Source of the DNA: Tubulanus polymorphus
Taxonomy: Eukaryota > Animalia > Nemertea
Direction: 5' to 3'
DNA: 64,000 nucleotides
Assembly: GCF_964204645.1 (NCBI RefSeq)
Contig: NC_134028.1
Span: 11,083,263 to 11,147,262 of the forward strand
Shown: positions 24,262 to 38,200 of the stretch, in pieces
Numbering within the stretch: the first letter of the stretch is position 1
Layout of the letters: each line of letters starts with the position of its first letter
Position numbers and translations under genes: made by a program
The notes under the pieces: generated by a model
The model's input: the letters and a program-made list of their open reading frames with translations, nothing else
Databases searched by the model: none
Told to the model about the DNA's origin: nothing

Positions 24262-27200
24262 GTACATGTACGAATACGAATATTTATTTACACTCCAACC
24301 ATTTCCATGGTATATGGAGGAAAAACAGTATTTACAATAATTACATAAACAGTAGATAAAAGCTACAAAACTTAATTAACTGGTTTCACACTTATGTACA
24401 TAATATACTATTTACTATTTACAATACATCTATTTACAATGCATATACTACCGGAGGGATTTATATACATCTAGACCTATTTTGATGAATTTAGCCATAT
24501 TTAAAGTTGGATTTTTTAATACATCTAAGTTCCGAAAGGTATTTATATCTAAGTGGTTTTCACGGAGTTCGGTTAGCAAATTACAATCGAAAATAAAATG
24601 TACTTCGTCTCCTAAAACGTTGCAGGCGGGGCATAATCTATCGGTTCTGGGTAAATGAAGGTTTGATAATCTATTTACAGGTAGGAGATAAGACCCAATC
24701 CTGAACTAGAATAAACTGGTCACTAAATCGTCATCAAGCTGATTAATATAGTTTTCAAATTTAATATCCTTCTTATATTGCCTAAAATTAGCGTATAGCG
24801 AGTTATTATTCAACTTAAATCTATCTCTTGTACGTGCTGGTCTCGGAGTACACATTAATACCGCAGTCATCAAAAATCTTCTTAATAAATAACAGCCAGG
24901 GGCTCTTAAACCTGTCATTAACATAAATTGAGAGATATTTTATAAAGGATTGAACTTAGTTTAGTTTGCTTGCACGATACCGTTTTAGCCCAAAAATTGA
25001 TCATTCTACGCTTTACGTCAATATACATAGGATAACGCCCTAGCTCTGCCAGCACTTGCACATTATGGGAATATTTCGTAACTTTCATAATAATTTTACA
25101 GAATAAGCAGTGGAGGTTTTCTAGTAAATCGAGATTCTCATAACCCCAGATTTCGCAGCCGTATAGTGCTACAGGAGCGACACACATGTCAAATAGTTTA
25201 AGCATTACATCTATCGGAAGTTTCAAACGTCTACCCTTCTGAATAATAGAAAACATGGCTCTCATAGCTTTATCATAAAGATATTTTTTTGCTTTAGCGA
25301 AACTGCCATTCCAGTTGAATTTTACTCCAAGATACAAATAATCTTCAACTACCTCTAACTCTTGGTTACCAAACATAAATTTTCTTGAAATTTTCTTGAT
25401 CCTACTTTTACTTCTAGCGAAGACTAATATTTTAGTTTTATCAACATTCACTGAAAGGCCATTGTCGGCGCAATATTCAAATAGTGTGTCTAAATGTAAC
25501 TGGAGAGATTTTTCATCTTCAGCAAGAATAACTGTGTCATCCGCATACAGGATAATGAATAGATTAAGTAAAGTCCCTAGTTTTGGATCACAATTCAGAT
25601 TCAGTTTTTCAATAAACGACAAAGTTGGATTACTGCGCGTGAGAAAAAACTCTTCAATATCGTTTAGAAATAGGGAAAATAGAATTGGTGATAAGTTTTC
25701 ACCTTGTCGCAAGCCTCTATCTGCAGCAAAGTATTGTGATGTGTTACCGTTAAATTTAACACATGACTTAACCGGGTTATAAATATTTTTAACTATATTT
25801 AAGAAATTCCCCGTTATGCTACTATCGATTAATTTTCTCCATAATGTAACTCGACAAACCGAGTCAAAAGCCTTCTTAAAATCAACAAAGGCGCAAAAAA
25901 GTCTCCTTCCCTGACAAAGGTACAATTCGACAATAGTTTTCAATGTATAAATGTGATCAATAGTTGAATATTTTGGTCTAAAACTGGCTTGGGCCTCGCT
26001 AATTATATCATTTGAATCTAGGAAAGCTGACAGTCTATGATTAAGTATACTAGTGAACAATTTACCTAGACAACTAACTATCGTAATGCCTCGATAATTA
26101 TCAGGATTAGTGGGGTCGCCTTTCTTCTTAAAAATAGGTTTGATTACTCCTACAGACCATGTTTCTGGAACATGTCCAGTTTTTTAAATACTAGATTGAA
26201 TAGGTTTTGTAGTATGTTAACTAAACAGGGATAACGGCTAAATTTTAATAACTCATTAGTGACTCCATCGATACCAGAAGCCTTATTGTTTTTAAGAAAG
26301 AGATAGCTTTAGTTACTTCATCGACAGTTATGTCGCAGTTAAGAATATGATTGTCATAGACAGGAGGTTCATCACCCGTATGTTCTACATGGTCATTTAT
26401 TTCGTTTGCATCGTTTAAATCATTTAGTTGCATAAAATTTTCGAAGAAGATATCAATATCAATATTAGCATTACTGTGTTTTGCACCAGTCGCGGAATTT
26501 AGCATAGCCCAGTACTTTTTCGGATTATTGATTTCGCAATCTCTTAGTTCTTTGATAAAAGCTTCTTTTTGTTTTTTCTTACTTTCTCGGATAATTCTTT
26601 TGTATTTCTTGGATGAGTTTTTAAGAGCGTCAAAGTTAGAAGGGGTTGGACGGCCCCTATAACGGCTTTTCCTATAATTATATTCTTTACGCGCATCCCT
26701 ACAGCTCCGTCCATACCACTTATTACGAACTGGGGTTCTACGACTCCTACTTTTCCTGTGATACATCAAATTACATTCTTCTGCACTTTCTAACAAGGAA
26801 GATACAAATCTATCAGTGAGCTCATTTATATTGTTCGGAGACTGGCTTACTAGGTCCTGCAGTCCATTCAAAAGTAGATCATTAAGGCCAATATCACATA
26901 ATTTAGATTCAACTTTCATGAAAAACTGATCCGATCTATCATTGTCCCACCTAATTGAAGGCTTTTCGTCTACTTGTTCATGGTTCTCATTATCAGCAAA
27001 AATAGGGACCTTAGAATTCTTAAGTAAACATAGTCTAAGTGGACTGTGCCCATCAGACAGTAAAGATTCAAATGGCATTATCTGGAAATCATAAACAGAT
27101 TCAAATAGGTCAATATCACATACAAAATAATCAATAACACTAGTTTTCCTAAAAGTATAATTACCAGACTGGTCACCACCACATCTGCCATTGAGGATAA

Positions 27201-29200
27201 TCAGAGAATGGTTCTTACAAAGATCAATTAGCTGATAGCCGGTATTATTAGTTCTTTTGTCTTGATTATTTCTAATAGTTGGGATATCTAAGTTAATTAA
27301 AAGCAGTGAGTCAATGGCAGGGTGTAAATCGTCCTCTATTGTCTGGTTATCAGGTTCTAGAAAGTCTGGTACACATGAGGTGTGAGCATTAAAGTCACCC
27401 GTAATTAGCACGTTAAAATCGTTTTCAATCTTTAGCTGTAATAATTCCAACTCTATTTCACTAATTGCTCTATTCGAATAGTATTTACTTGTTTCAGGGG
27501 GAATATAAACCACTCCTAAAAGTATGTTTTTATTGAACTTAAACAAATCCTTATCTAAACAGTACCAAGATACAAATGGGCACTCAGTAAGTATTGGATC
27601 TATCATACTATCTAAACAACGCCTATAAATGATACCGATTCCACCCGATTTCCTGTTCGAAATTTTCTCCCTGTTTTTTAAAATGTGATACACGAATCAG
27701 GCAAATCACGACTTAGATTCCCATCTACATCGTCGAGGTTGGTTTCAGATAAACAAATGAGATCATAGCTCCGAATAAAATCTTCAAATTCCGGGACACC
27801 GAGTTTACCATTAATACCACATATATTGAGACTCGCTACGTTGATGCTTTTGATTGGTTGATTATTATCGACGTCTAATTTGTTTTCTTCACTAATACTA
27901 GTATAATAATTGTCTAAATGGGTACCTCTAACGTTTTCAAGAGGGGAGACATCTTCAACTAAATTATCAATTACATCATAATCTTTATTTTCACTATTTA
28001 CATCTGAGTCATTATATCCATTATTTACAACACGATCATTAATTTCACTCTTTACATCAGGATAATCACAGAAAAGAGTAAAACTATCTACATAGTCCAG
28101 AGCATAGCACCGACCTTTCGAGAGCAACACTATTCGTTTGAGACATTCGATGCGTATAGTTCCCTCCGCCGCATCCTAATTGCTGTCCATGGGAGCGCGG
28201 TCCCGACGATCACGGATAACGAGCTTATCCTTAACGAAGTACGCGTTTTTCCCGCTGGCCTTCGCAGCCCTGAGTTCGGGTAGTTTCTCGCGCCAACGAT
28301 CGGCCCACTCTTTCGGCACTTGTTCGCTCAATCCCTTCGATGTTCAGGTTAAGTTTTTCGGTCTTTGAAATGTTCAAATTTCGCTACAATACCGCGTGGT
28401 TTTTTCTGATCATTCCTCGGACGCCCGAGTCGGTGAACTCTCGCAAAGTCGATAGACTGGACTACTTCGTCCTCCAGTCTAAGATCGTTCTTGCAGAACT
28501 CCTTAACCTTTTCCTCCGCGTCTTCGCCTACTGCTTCATCGATCCCGTAGAAAATCAAGTTATCTCGCATGCTCCGCCATTGCTGGTCTAACAAGAGTTC
28601 GTGATCGGAATTCGCGAGTATTTCTTGGTCCGCTACCTGTTTTTCTAGATGCTGAACTTTGTTACGCAGCATCTCATTCTCCTGCTTAAGAAGCCTCACG
28701 TCCTCGTGACAGTATTCGAGTGACTGCTTAACGTCATTCATGTTTTTCGAGATTGTCTAGCTTGTTGAGTTTACTAATAATCTCGTCCAGTTTCGCATAC
28801 AGCGCATGGTCGTCTCGCGGCGTCGTGGATTTCTGTTCAAGAATTTGCTTCAGTTGTTTTTCGGAGATGTGTATGGGTGTCGCAGTTGAGTTTCTGTTAC
28901 TGGTCTGGTTGCTCTTCGTCGTCAGTTTCGGCTGTTTTCTCGGAGGAGAAACGCTCTGCCGACTGCTACTCGCCATGACTCTCGTTGTTGGGTTGGAAGA
29001 GAGAGGGTGAAAAAAAACTTCGCGTTAAAATCGAAGATAAAACTTTTCTATTTCGAACAGGGTAATGCTCACACACAGCGTTAGGCGGTTAATGTATTGA
29101 TATTACTGGAAAATAGTTTTGATTATCAGTTAAAACTAACCTCGTTGCTTGTGTTCTATAGGAGCACACCGAGAGTACATGTCAACATCATAAATAGCGC
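24262..29200 (-). mobile_element. APE-RT non-LTR retrotransposon copy A (RTEX-like), near full length, frameshifted
   Basis: ORF1 ~28976-28176 (coiled coil plus L1-type RRM: MRDNLIFYGI, RVHRLG, RGIVAKF); ORF2 ~28150-24480 with GDFNA, SDGH, YADD and C-terminal C..C...DE.HF...C; 3' AATAAA then (TATTCG)2 tail. Confidence 0.9.
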
Positions 29201-30589
29201 CACCTGCGGGTTGAATATGAACTAAACGCACGGAGTGAAGGATAAATAGATGACTATTCCGCTAAATATTACGGCTAATTCGTGCTCCTTTTTTTCAATA
29301 AGTCACATCTCAGGTCGTTATATACTAAAGTTTCTTCTGGTTGATAAATCACGGAAAGTACAATTTTGATGGCATTTGCCCTTTAAGCCTCGATGAACGC
29401 ACGCGTTCGCAGTTTATCAACATAACATATACAAACAAAACCACATCAAATACCCGCCGACTTTTTCTACGATTTTACATCCTTACATGATTAAATCAAT
29501 TTCTACCAACGTTTTCGCATTTTTCATTCGTGTATCAAGTGTTTATCAGCATACCGTGTCGACCTCCAGTGATTAAGACGGATCATTTCCTCCTTTGAAA
29601 ATGATGAAAAATGATGGCGCTCGTGCTTGAAATGGAAACTAGTATCTTGTACGATGATGAGCGAGGAAAATAAAAGATAACAAGAGCCCCAAGGGGCACT
29701 ATGGCCAGCCTGTCAGCTTTTCATAAAATGGCAAATGATTATGCATTCTCTGGGTTAAATTTGTCAAAATACAGTCCCAGCTCAGAGTCAATACTACACA
29801 ATACAATCGTAGAATACAAAAGTAGCACAGACAGCGACTGGCTCTGGCAGGAACAAATACCTCCGATAAATCTTTTCCCTTGGTCTTATTGATCTTAATG
29901 CGGAATAGAATTAAATTTTCTGAAATTTGCTCAATAAAACAAAATAGAATTGGATTTGATGTTTTTATTTGTAATGATATTTTCTTTAGTGCTGATAAAA
30001 AATATTCCTCCCAAGAACCAAATCAACTAAAGCTTTCACAGGAATCGATCTTGAAATACAATTTTAGATCTGAAAATAAAACCCGGAAGTAAAACGGTAG
30101 ACGATACCGCAGGCTCACGTGAACACCTGCTGATTTCTGCGGCTAAGCCAATCATAGAGGAGTCTTTGCTTTCTGATTGGCTATTCAAAACCAATATTTT
30201 TGCGATCAGATATTCGCGAAAAAGCTCATATAAATTTTAACGAGGCCCTCTTTCAAAATTCAGCTACGTAGAGTTTGGAGCATGGATATAATGCTCTAAT
30301 GAATGATTTGTATGAATATATACTCAGTTGCACAGTAAAAGAGCCTTTACTCTGGAAACCATGTCGTTTAAATTCGCTCCATTTGTATAGTAATAGGCTC
30401 AGCCTACGGCTGGCCTAAAAATCTGAATCATTTATTTCTTTCTTGGAAAATGCGTGGTTTGGAAATCTGAATTTTCTGATGTATTTTGTAGGATTTCCTC
30501 AAAAAATGATCTGGGGGGGGGGGGGGCAAATTTCTAAGAGTCGTTAGATTCAACAACACAACATAACACATTTCTGTGTATTGTTTTAA

Positions 30590-32036
30590 AGGGTAACTGA
30601 CACTTTTTAAAAGATTTTCTACTTTTAACACTAAACGATATATTATAGTATACAATAAGGCTAGGTGATTTCATAATTGGAAAAATCTTTTCAATCTAGT
30701 CAGAATTGATGATTTTGATGTTCGCGCACCTGTTCAGTGTATACATTGCTTCTGCTGAACGCGTGGTACTGTGCCTATTAATAGAACGAAGTCACTAAAG
30801 TAAAGGCTCGGAAATGATGTCTATAGAAATGAATAGGAAATAAGCTACAAGAGCAATTCAACTTAATTTTATACCTATTTGGCATTCGAATTGAGACAAA
30901 ATGCCTCTTGATTTTGAAAGTCTACATATTAATGATTATAATTAACAGTTGAACGGACCATATCCGTTCAAACTAAGCGCAAAAATAGGATTTGAATAGC
31001 AATCCATGGCATTTTCTAGTAGACAGCAGGGAACATGGATGTTTAAATCATCGTTTTGTAATATCATTTAGGGATAGTAAGCTAGATCATGGTTAGATCT
31101 AAGAATATTTTGACTTATGAACTGATGATGAAACTTAGACAGAATTAGCCGCAAGAATAATTTCAATTCTTTTCTTGAAATATACCTCGTATTGGTAGCG
31201 GCTTTGGTCACAAAATAAGAATATTTCCTCATCCATCCTATTTTAAAACTTAGAAATAATGTTTGTGAAAGATTTGTGATGTTATCTAGCAACACTCTTC
31301 TGCAGCGTGTAACTTTAATCGAAAAACATTAATCCTTTGAATATTTGTTGTAAAGGCTGTTGAAATTTATGAAAGTTTTTGTTGAGTTTTGAAGTGTTAG
31401 TTTTCAAACTAGGCCTACTTAGTCTTAATTAATGACTTTGAAAAATAGTAAATAGTAAACGAATATGAATCTATTTATTCTTTAGCGAGATCGAAATCTG
31501 TGATCACATAAGACACTGTAGTATGCTTGAGGTGCTGAACTATAGGTGAACTATGGAGCAGCAGTAACAGTGCTGAGAGCTTAGCATAGTGTACTTTAAA
31601 ATAGCTTCATAGCAGCGGATTGAAATCTGCATCTTCAATTTGATCGATTTAGCCTATTCAAATTACTCATTGATTCTTTGAAATAGGTTTATGCAATAGA
31701 CAATAGATCCTTTACCTCCCTGGCCAGTTTCAAAGCTGTAAAACAATCTGGCATTGAGATATAACAGAAAATACACGCAGTTTCCTCAAAATTCAACGCA
31801 TTTCTATAGACGCTATTTCTCAGCTCTGCCTGTAATGACGTTGCAGCGCGCACCTGCTGATTTAGCCGACGCTGAACAGTAAGCGATGTAAACAACGAAA
31901 TGAGGTCAAAAATCTTGTTACAAAATCACAAATTGCGCGTTAACTAAACATTTTAGAACGGAACGGTTGAAGATGAGTGTATAGATCAATAGAATACATC
32001 ATATTTTGAAATAAAAAAAAAAGTGTCAGTTACCCT
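30590..32036. mobile_element. Kolobok-like MITE with TTAA target duplication
   Basis: TIR AGGGTAACTGACACTTTTT / AAAAAGTGTCAGTTACCCT flanked by TTAA at 30586-30589 and 32037-32040. Confidence 0.8.
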
Positions 32037-32063
32037 TTAAACATTTTGATCGAGTAAGAAAAC

Positions 32064-32663
32064 GCAGCGCTATTGCATTTCGTAACCCCCTACCAAAAAC
32101 TTTCATTTCAGCATATTTATTATCAGGGAGGTCTAGGGATTCAAAATCAGAAATTTTTTACCCAAAAAACTTACTTTTCTGAGTTAAAATTTTGATATTT
32201 TGGGCCCTAATTCGCATGTAAATTCGCCGATTCGGGACGTCAAACACGCCATATTGGATGTCAATCAAAGTTTCTAACCCTCCACTGAAATGTCATGACA
32301 TTAAAAGTTTGCAAAAACCATGTTTTCAAACATAACCATCTCTGAATCTGACGCGTATGTTTGCATCATTTTCATACGTAGCTATTGATTAATGGATGTT
32401 CTGATGAAGGAAAGTTATATGCCCATAAACGAAATTTTTAATTCAATTAAATTTATTGAGACATATTTATTCAGATGTTTTTAGGTGGTAATTAGTGCGG
32501 AAACATGGCCGACCCGTCAGTTTGATCGGCCCAAATTATTAGAATTTGACTCGTACAAATTTTTTTTTGTCAAAAGTAATTTATTTTGACTCTACAGACC
32601 TCCCTGATTAATAATATACAGAAATAAAAATTTTTGGGATGGGGCACTAAGTGCAACAGCGCC
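32064..32663. mobile_element. ~600-bp MITE with ~70-bp imperfect TIRs
   Basis: C.GCGCT.TTGCA...ATCAGGGAGGTCT at the left end; reverse complement at the right end; target duplication unclear. Confidence 0.55.
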
Positions 32664-33899
32664 GAAAACACTTCGCCCGGGTTTGATAAGGAGGTTTTCC
32701 ATCAGATAAGTAGAAGACCGTGCGTGGTACACGTATGTATCAGTGTGTTAACAGTAGTGGCTGACACTACAGTGACACAGTTCTCGACGGTGTTCAGCGA
32801 TTCCACGTGCATTTATTTGCAAATACAGCGGAGCGCGCACTGCAAACAAAATGGCGGAAACTCTTGTATGAAAAAAATCGCCCACCAGCGGTTCGGGAAC
32901 AGCTTTTGATCTTAAAATAGGGATTGTCCCCATTATTTATTTATTTGGCTGGTAAATTTTGTTTGATTTTTCGATTGAGTGTCCCTTACAGACCCACCAC
33001 ACCTGCCGGGAGCGAAACAGGGGGTTTGATTTTGAAATCGGAAATCGAAGTACTGATATAGATGTGTGATCGGCGGTCGAGTTAACAGAATATTTTAAAA
33101 TCGAAGTACATAATTGGAAATTCGGTTCCGGTTCATCCAAACAATCTTCCATTCAGTCTGAACCGGCAAGCGACTGATTGGGATGAATTTTTCTGGCTGC
33201 CTAATTTAATACAATGAGATTCTGGAAATAGCTATATTACAAGATCATTTTGTCCATTTTTATATTTTTTGGTCGTTTTCTACGTGTAAATAGTCCGATA
33301 GTTTATTGTGTTTTTTTTTTCTCGGGTAGATGTTGATGTAGAAGTCCTCTAAGTTGATGATCCCGCGTGTTGACTAGATAGGAAAAAGGCACATTTCGAA
33401 ACGCAAATTTTCCAGATAAGAGTATGGCCCTGGGGTATCCGAAGTGTAGTTGTATGACATCGACGGTGCAGCTCCAATGAGGATGGGTTTCTCCGTCAAG
33501 GGGTGCGCAGTTGGTACTTCACATCTGGTGCTGAATTTGCCTAAAAGTATAAGTTTTACACTGGGAGCAGTTATGTGTTTCTAATATACAGTGAGTTAGG
33601 TCCGTGAATGTATCGCAATCAAACGGACAGTGCTATGCGTATTGATAGACCGTCAGTAAGAAAGCGGCACAGACACGTGAATATTGAATACATGTTTGTA
33701 CACTTACATATATACAGTCTTGATCGGGTTTTATTTACATTGTCACGATTAGGTTTTTGGTAGCTTTTAATGAGACTGATGTCAAGAGGCAACTTTCCAG
33801 TCACCATTGCGCGTAGATAGACTGAGCTTGCTATCCTAAGGTCACAAACGGAGGCAGCGTTCCAGCTATCGTGGCAATGAGACTGAGTTTACAGTCAAA

Positions 33900-35193
33900 A
33901 CATCAGAAACAGTAAACTAATAAACTAAACTAATGCGTATGTGATGATATAGAGCAAAAGTGGTCAGACAGTTCTATGCGTATTGATAGACCGTCCTCCC
34001 TGTTCGATCTAAATCAGAACATACCTCAAGTGTCAAAGTCGGGATATGTAGGTGTAAGTAATAAAAAAGGCGTTGGGTTTAATTAATAGACTACGCTAAT
34101 GGTGTCGATTGTGATTCTGTTTACTACGTTCAGTCCGTTTGCATCCAGGTGTATAAGTACATTGTTAAGAGTCCAAATATGAAGGTTTTGTTGAAGCATG
34201 ATTTCTTGGTTTAGGCGAACTATTAGCGAGTTTTTGAAATAAATTATAGTGTTCATGCGGCCAGAGCCTTGTTCTAAATTGTAGTGATTTTTGTACAAAA
34301 TGGATTGTGCGACAAAAGGTAGTTCGCGAGTCTGCGTTTGAAGAAATCTGTTTCTATTGTTTTAGTAATTCCTGTGTAGACGATGTCTTGAGTGATATTT
34401 ATTGGTGTGTCTAGTATGCGTTGAATGATTGGTTGTATAGATGAATATAATTGCTGTGCTTCTGTGCATGAGAATACTACATGGTCATTCGTTGCCGCGA
34501 GTCCACAAATTTTACAATTTGGATCAGTTTTTATTTTCCAAAGTACTAGTTTTGAAGCTGTTGCCAGAGTATTATGCAGTAATTTCCAATGAATATCACT
34601 AAATCAATATGTTTATTATAAACTTCATTCCAAATTTCCGGCCAGTTCAGATCAGCAGTTAACATTTCAGTAATTTTGGTTTGCCCTATCGGTGTGATTT
34701 GATGGAGATTTTTTAATAATAGAATTCGATAAATTTGAGATGATAAAAGTTTTCCTGTAGTACACACTATATTACCAAATTGTACATAGATTTTTGGTAA
34801 TTCATCGGGATCTAAATTTTGGTCAGACAGAATTAGTTTCCAATGTTGCGGTATCGCATTGTATATACATGTGTGTTTAAATTTATTTGTTAATGGAATT
34901 TCGTTAAATGCTTTGTAGTTTCCACGATTATCGAATAGATGTCGTAGATTGATTATACCGTGATGTATGTATTCCGTGAAATTGGTTTTCTTGTTGAGCT
35001 TAATTTTTGGGTTGCCAAAAATAGGTTTTTGCAGAATTTCGGTAATAGTCTCAGTTGTAACTAGATGTTGTTGAAAAACTGTCCATGATTTTAATAAATG
35101 TCTGTAGTAGTCATTTGTAATGACTTTTTGGGGTATTTCATTGTGAATGATGTTTGAAATATTCCAGCCTGGGCCTAGATATTTTTGCAGATT
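33900..35193 (-). mobile_element. L1/Tx1 LINE ORF2 C-terminal remnant (3' flank of the Polinton target)
   Basis: WKLLHNTLAT....WKIKTDPNCKICG....DHVVFSC zf-RVT-like motif in hand translation. Confidence 0.75.
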
Positions 35194-35278
35194 AGTAATT
35201 GGGAAAGTAGGCTTTCATACCAGAGGTCGAAGGTCGACCACTCATCACCACAAGTAATTTTTTTTCCTTATAAATGGG
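35194..35278 (+). repeat. Left terminal inverted repeat
   Basis: Exact reverse complement of 52465-52549. Confidence 0.97.
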
Positions 35279-38200
35279 GGAGAATGAACACCAACCAGAA
35301 AATAATAATGTTAATAAAAATCAATATTATTGCACATATTGTAAAAAATACATCGATAAATCCCAAAAATCACGACATGAAAAATCTGCAAATCATATAA
35401 AAAATGTAATAGATTTTGAAACTCCAAAAAATTCCAATGAAAGAAAAGAACGATTAGAAAATATGAATGTGGATGAAATAAAATGTGAAGTTTGTAATGA
35501 ATTTATAGTAAAAAGGAATTATAATAGACATCTCGAATCACAAAAACATTATAAAAATTTAAATAAAAATGTTTTAGGAACAGAATATTTTGATAATAAA
35601 CCTCAACAAGTAAAAAAATCAACCTCAAAAACTAAATCCATTTCAAATAAACCTTACATGGAAAATGTTAGAAATTATATTGATTCACTAGAAATAAAAG
35701 ATACAATTGAAATTTTAGAAACATTACGTAGTAAAATTGGTCCAGCAGCTATTATATTTAGATTTTTTAAAGGAACAACAATAGAAGATTATAGCAAATT
35801 TAGTGAAGTAATAGAAAAGATACTAGATTTGATAACAGATGTTGAATATCCAAAAATTAGTATCTCTGGGAAAGTAAGTTTTTTAAAGTCAGAAGATAAA
35901 ATGGATTATAATATTCAAACACTCTCTGAAGAAAAAATTTCAAAAACACAAATAAAAGAGAAGTTAGAAAAAATATTTAATGAATTTAAACGTCATATTG
36001 AAGAAAGATATTTTGAGGGTTCTGGCTTAACATTGAATGAAATTATATATTTAGATTTAAATGTTTATAATACAAAAAGGAATAAAACATCAAAAAGTAA
36101 TAAAATGTTTAAAAATGATTCAAACTTTACAACAGAAAAGGATATTAAAGCATCATCTTATATTAAATTACCATTTACAACAAAAGCAGTAATAAATATT
36201 CAAAATGAAGATAATAAATGTTTTCTATGGTCAATTATTAGTTGTTTACACCCAACAGAAGATATGACGCATAGTTTTAGAATAACAAATTACCGGAAAT
36301 ATGAAACATTATATAAAATTGATCAATATCCAGTAACTATAAAAATGATTCCTAAAATAGAAAAAGTTAATAATTTAAAAATAAATGTATTTGAATTAAT
36401 GCAATTACCAAAGACAAAAGGTGAAAATATTAAAGATTATACATTGGAAGCTTTATATTTAACAGAATATTATGATGATGAAAATGCTATAGATTTGTTA
36501 TATTACAAAAAAGATGAAAATGAACATTATACGTGGTTAAAACAAATTGATTTATTCTTTAGAACAGAAAGTGATCATCATAATAAAATTTATCTATGTA
36601 GAAAATGTTTATCTAAATTTATGACTGAGAATGCGTTACTAAAACATAAAGAATTATGTGATAATAAAGATTTTTGTAAATTAATAATGCCAACAGAAAA
36701 CGATTATAAATTGAAATTTACTAATCATAAATTTAAGAATATTGTTCCATTTGTAATTTATGGGGATTTTGAATCGTTGAATAAAGAATTAACTGATCAA
36801 GATAGAAAAGAAATATATAACAAAAAGCAATTATTAAAATCAATGGATAAAGGAAATGAATTAAATGAAGACACAATACAAGACCCGCCAATTATAAATA
36901 CAATTAAAAAAGTTCATCAAAGAGCTGCTGCTTATGGAATTTATATAAAATCAAATTATCCTGAATTATATGAAAGTCAATATATTTCTTTTAGAGGTGA
37001 AAATGTAATTAATGATTTTTGTGATAAAATGATTGAATTAGAAAGTGATTTTGCAAAATTATTAAACAAAAATAAAAGAATAGTTATGACAAAAGAAGAT
37101 GAAATTGATTTTAATTATGCAACTCATTGTTGTTATTGTGAAAAACGTTTTTATTCATTTGATAAAAGAGTTAGAGATCATGATCATTTGAATTCAAAAT
37201 ATCGTGGAGCTGCTCATGAAGATTGCAATTTACAAGCTAAAAAAGTAAATTTCGTACCAATATTATTTCATAATTTATCAGGATATGATACCCATCTATT
37301 TATAAAACAATTATCGGGAAAATTGGGCGCAATTAATCAAGAAATAGAAGAATATAATGCTATGAATGAAGCAAATGTAAGAAAATATGATTTTAAACTA
37401 TTAGCTAAAACATCTGAAAATTATATTTCATTTCAATTTGGTTGCATTAGATTTTTAGATTTTTATAGATTTCTAGCAAGTTCATTAGATAATTTATCAA
37501 AAAGTTTAGTGATAATGATTTTGTTATAACTCGATATTATTATCCAAATGAACAAGATTTTAAATTATTGAGATATAAAGGCACAATTCCTTATTCATTT
37601 TATAAAACACACAATGATTTTAATGTAACAGAATTATTAAAAGATCAATTTTATGATCAATTAAAAGAGGAGTATGTGAAAGACGAAGTTTTTAATAGAA
37701 CATTAAATATTTGGAACCATTTTAAGATGAAAAATCATGGCGAATTAGTTGATTTATATTTAAAATCAGATGTTATGATATTGGCTGACATATTTGAAAA
37801 ATTTAGAGAAGTTAATTTGAATCATTTTGATCCTTGTTATTGCTACTCTAGTCCTGGTTTAACCTGGCAATGTGGTTTAAAATATACAAATGTAGAATTA
37901 GATTTATTAAAAGAACCAGATATGGTTTTATTATTTGAAAAATCAATTAGAGGTGGAATTAGTGGTGTTATGGGAGATAGATATTTTAAAGCAAATGATG
38001 AATATAAATTATTATATATTGACGCCAATAATTTATATGGTTGGGCAATGATGCAACCTCAACCATATAAAAATTTTATATTAACAGAAGTTGAAAATGA
38101 TAACAAAACTGATTCGGAAAGCGCAATTGCGAGTTTAAAAGATGAAGCACCAATTGGTTATTTCTTCGTAGTTGATTTAGAATATCCTGAAAATATAAAG

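Noticed and set aside
29701-29892. Similar short ORFs here and at 15762-15947 suggesting a small gene family
   Set aside because: The shared ~145 bp is the antisense of a Gypsy pol linker segment
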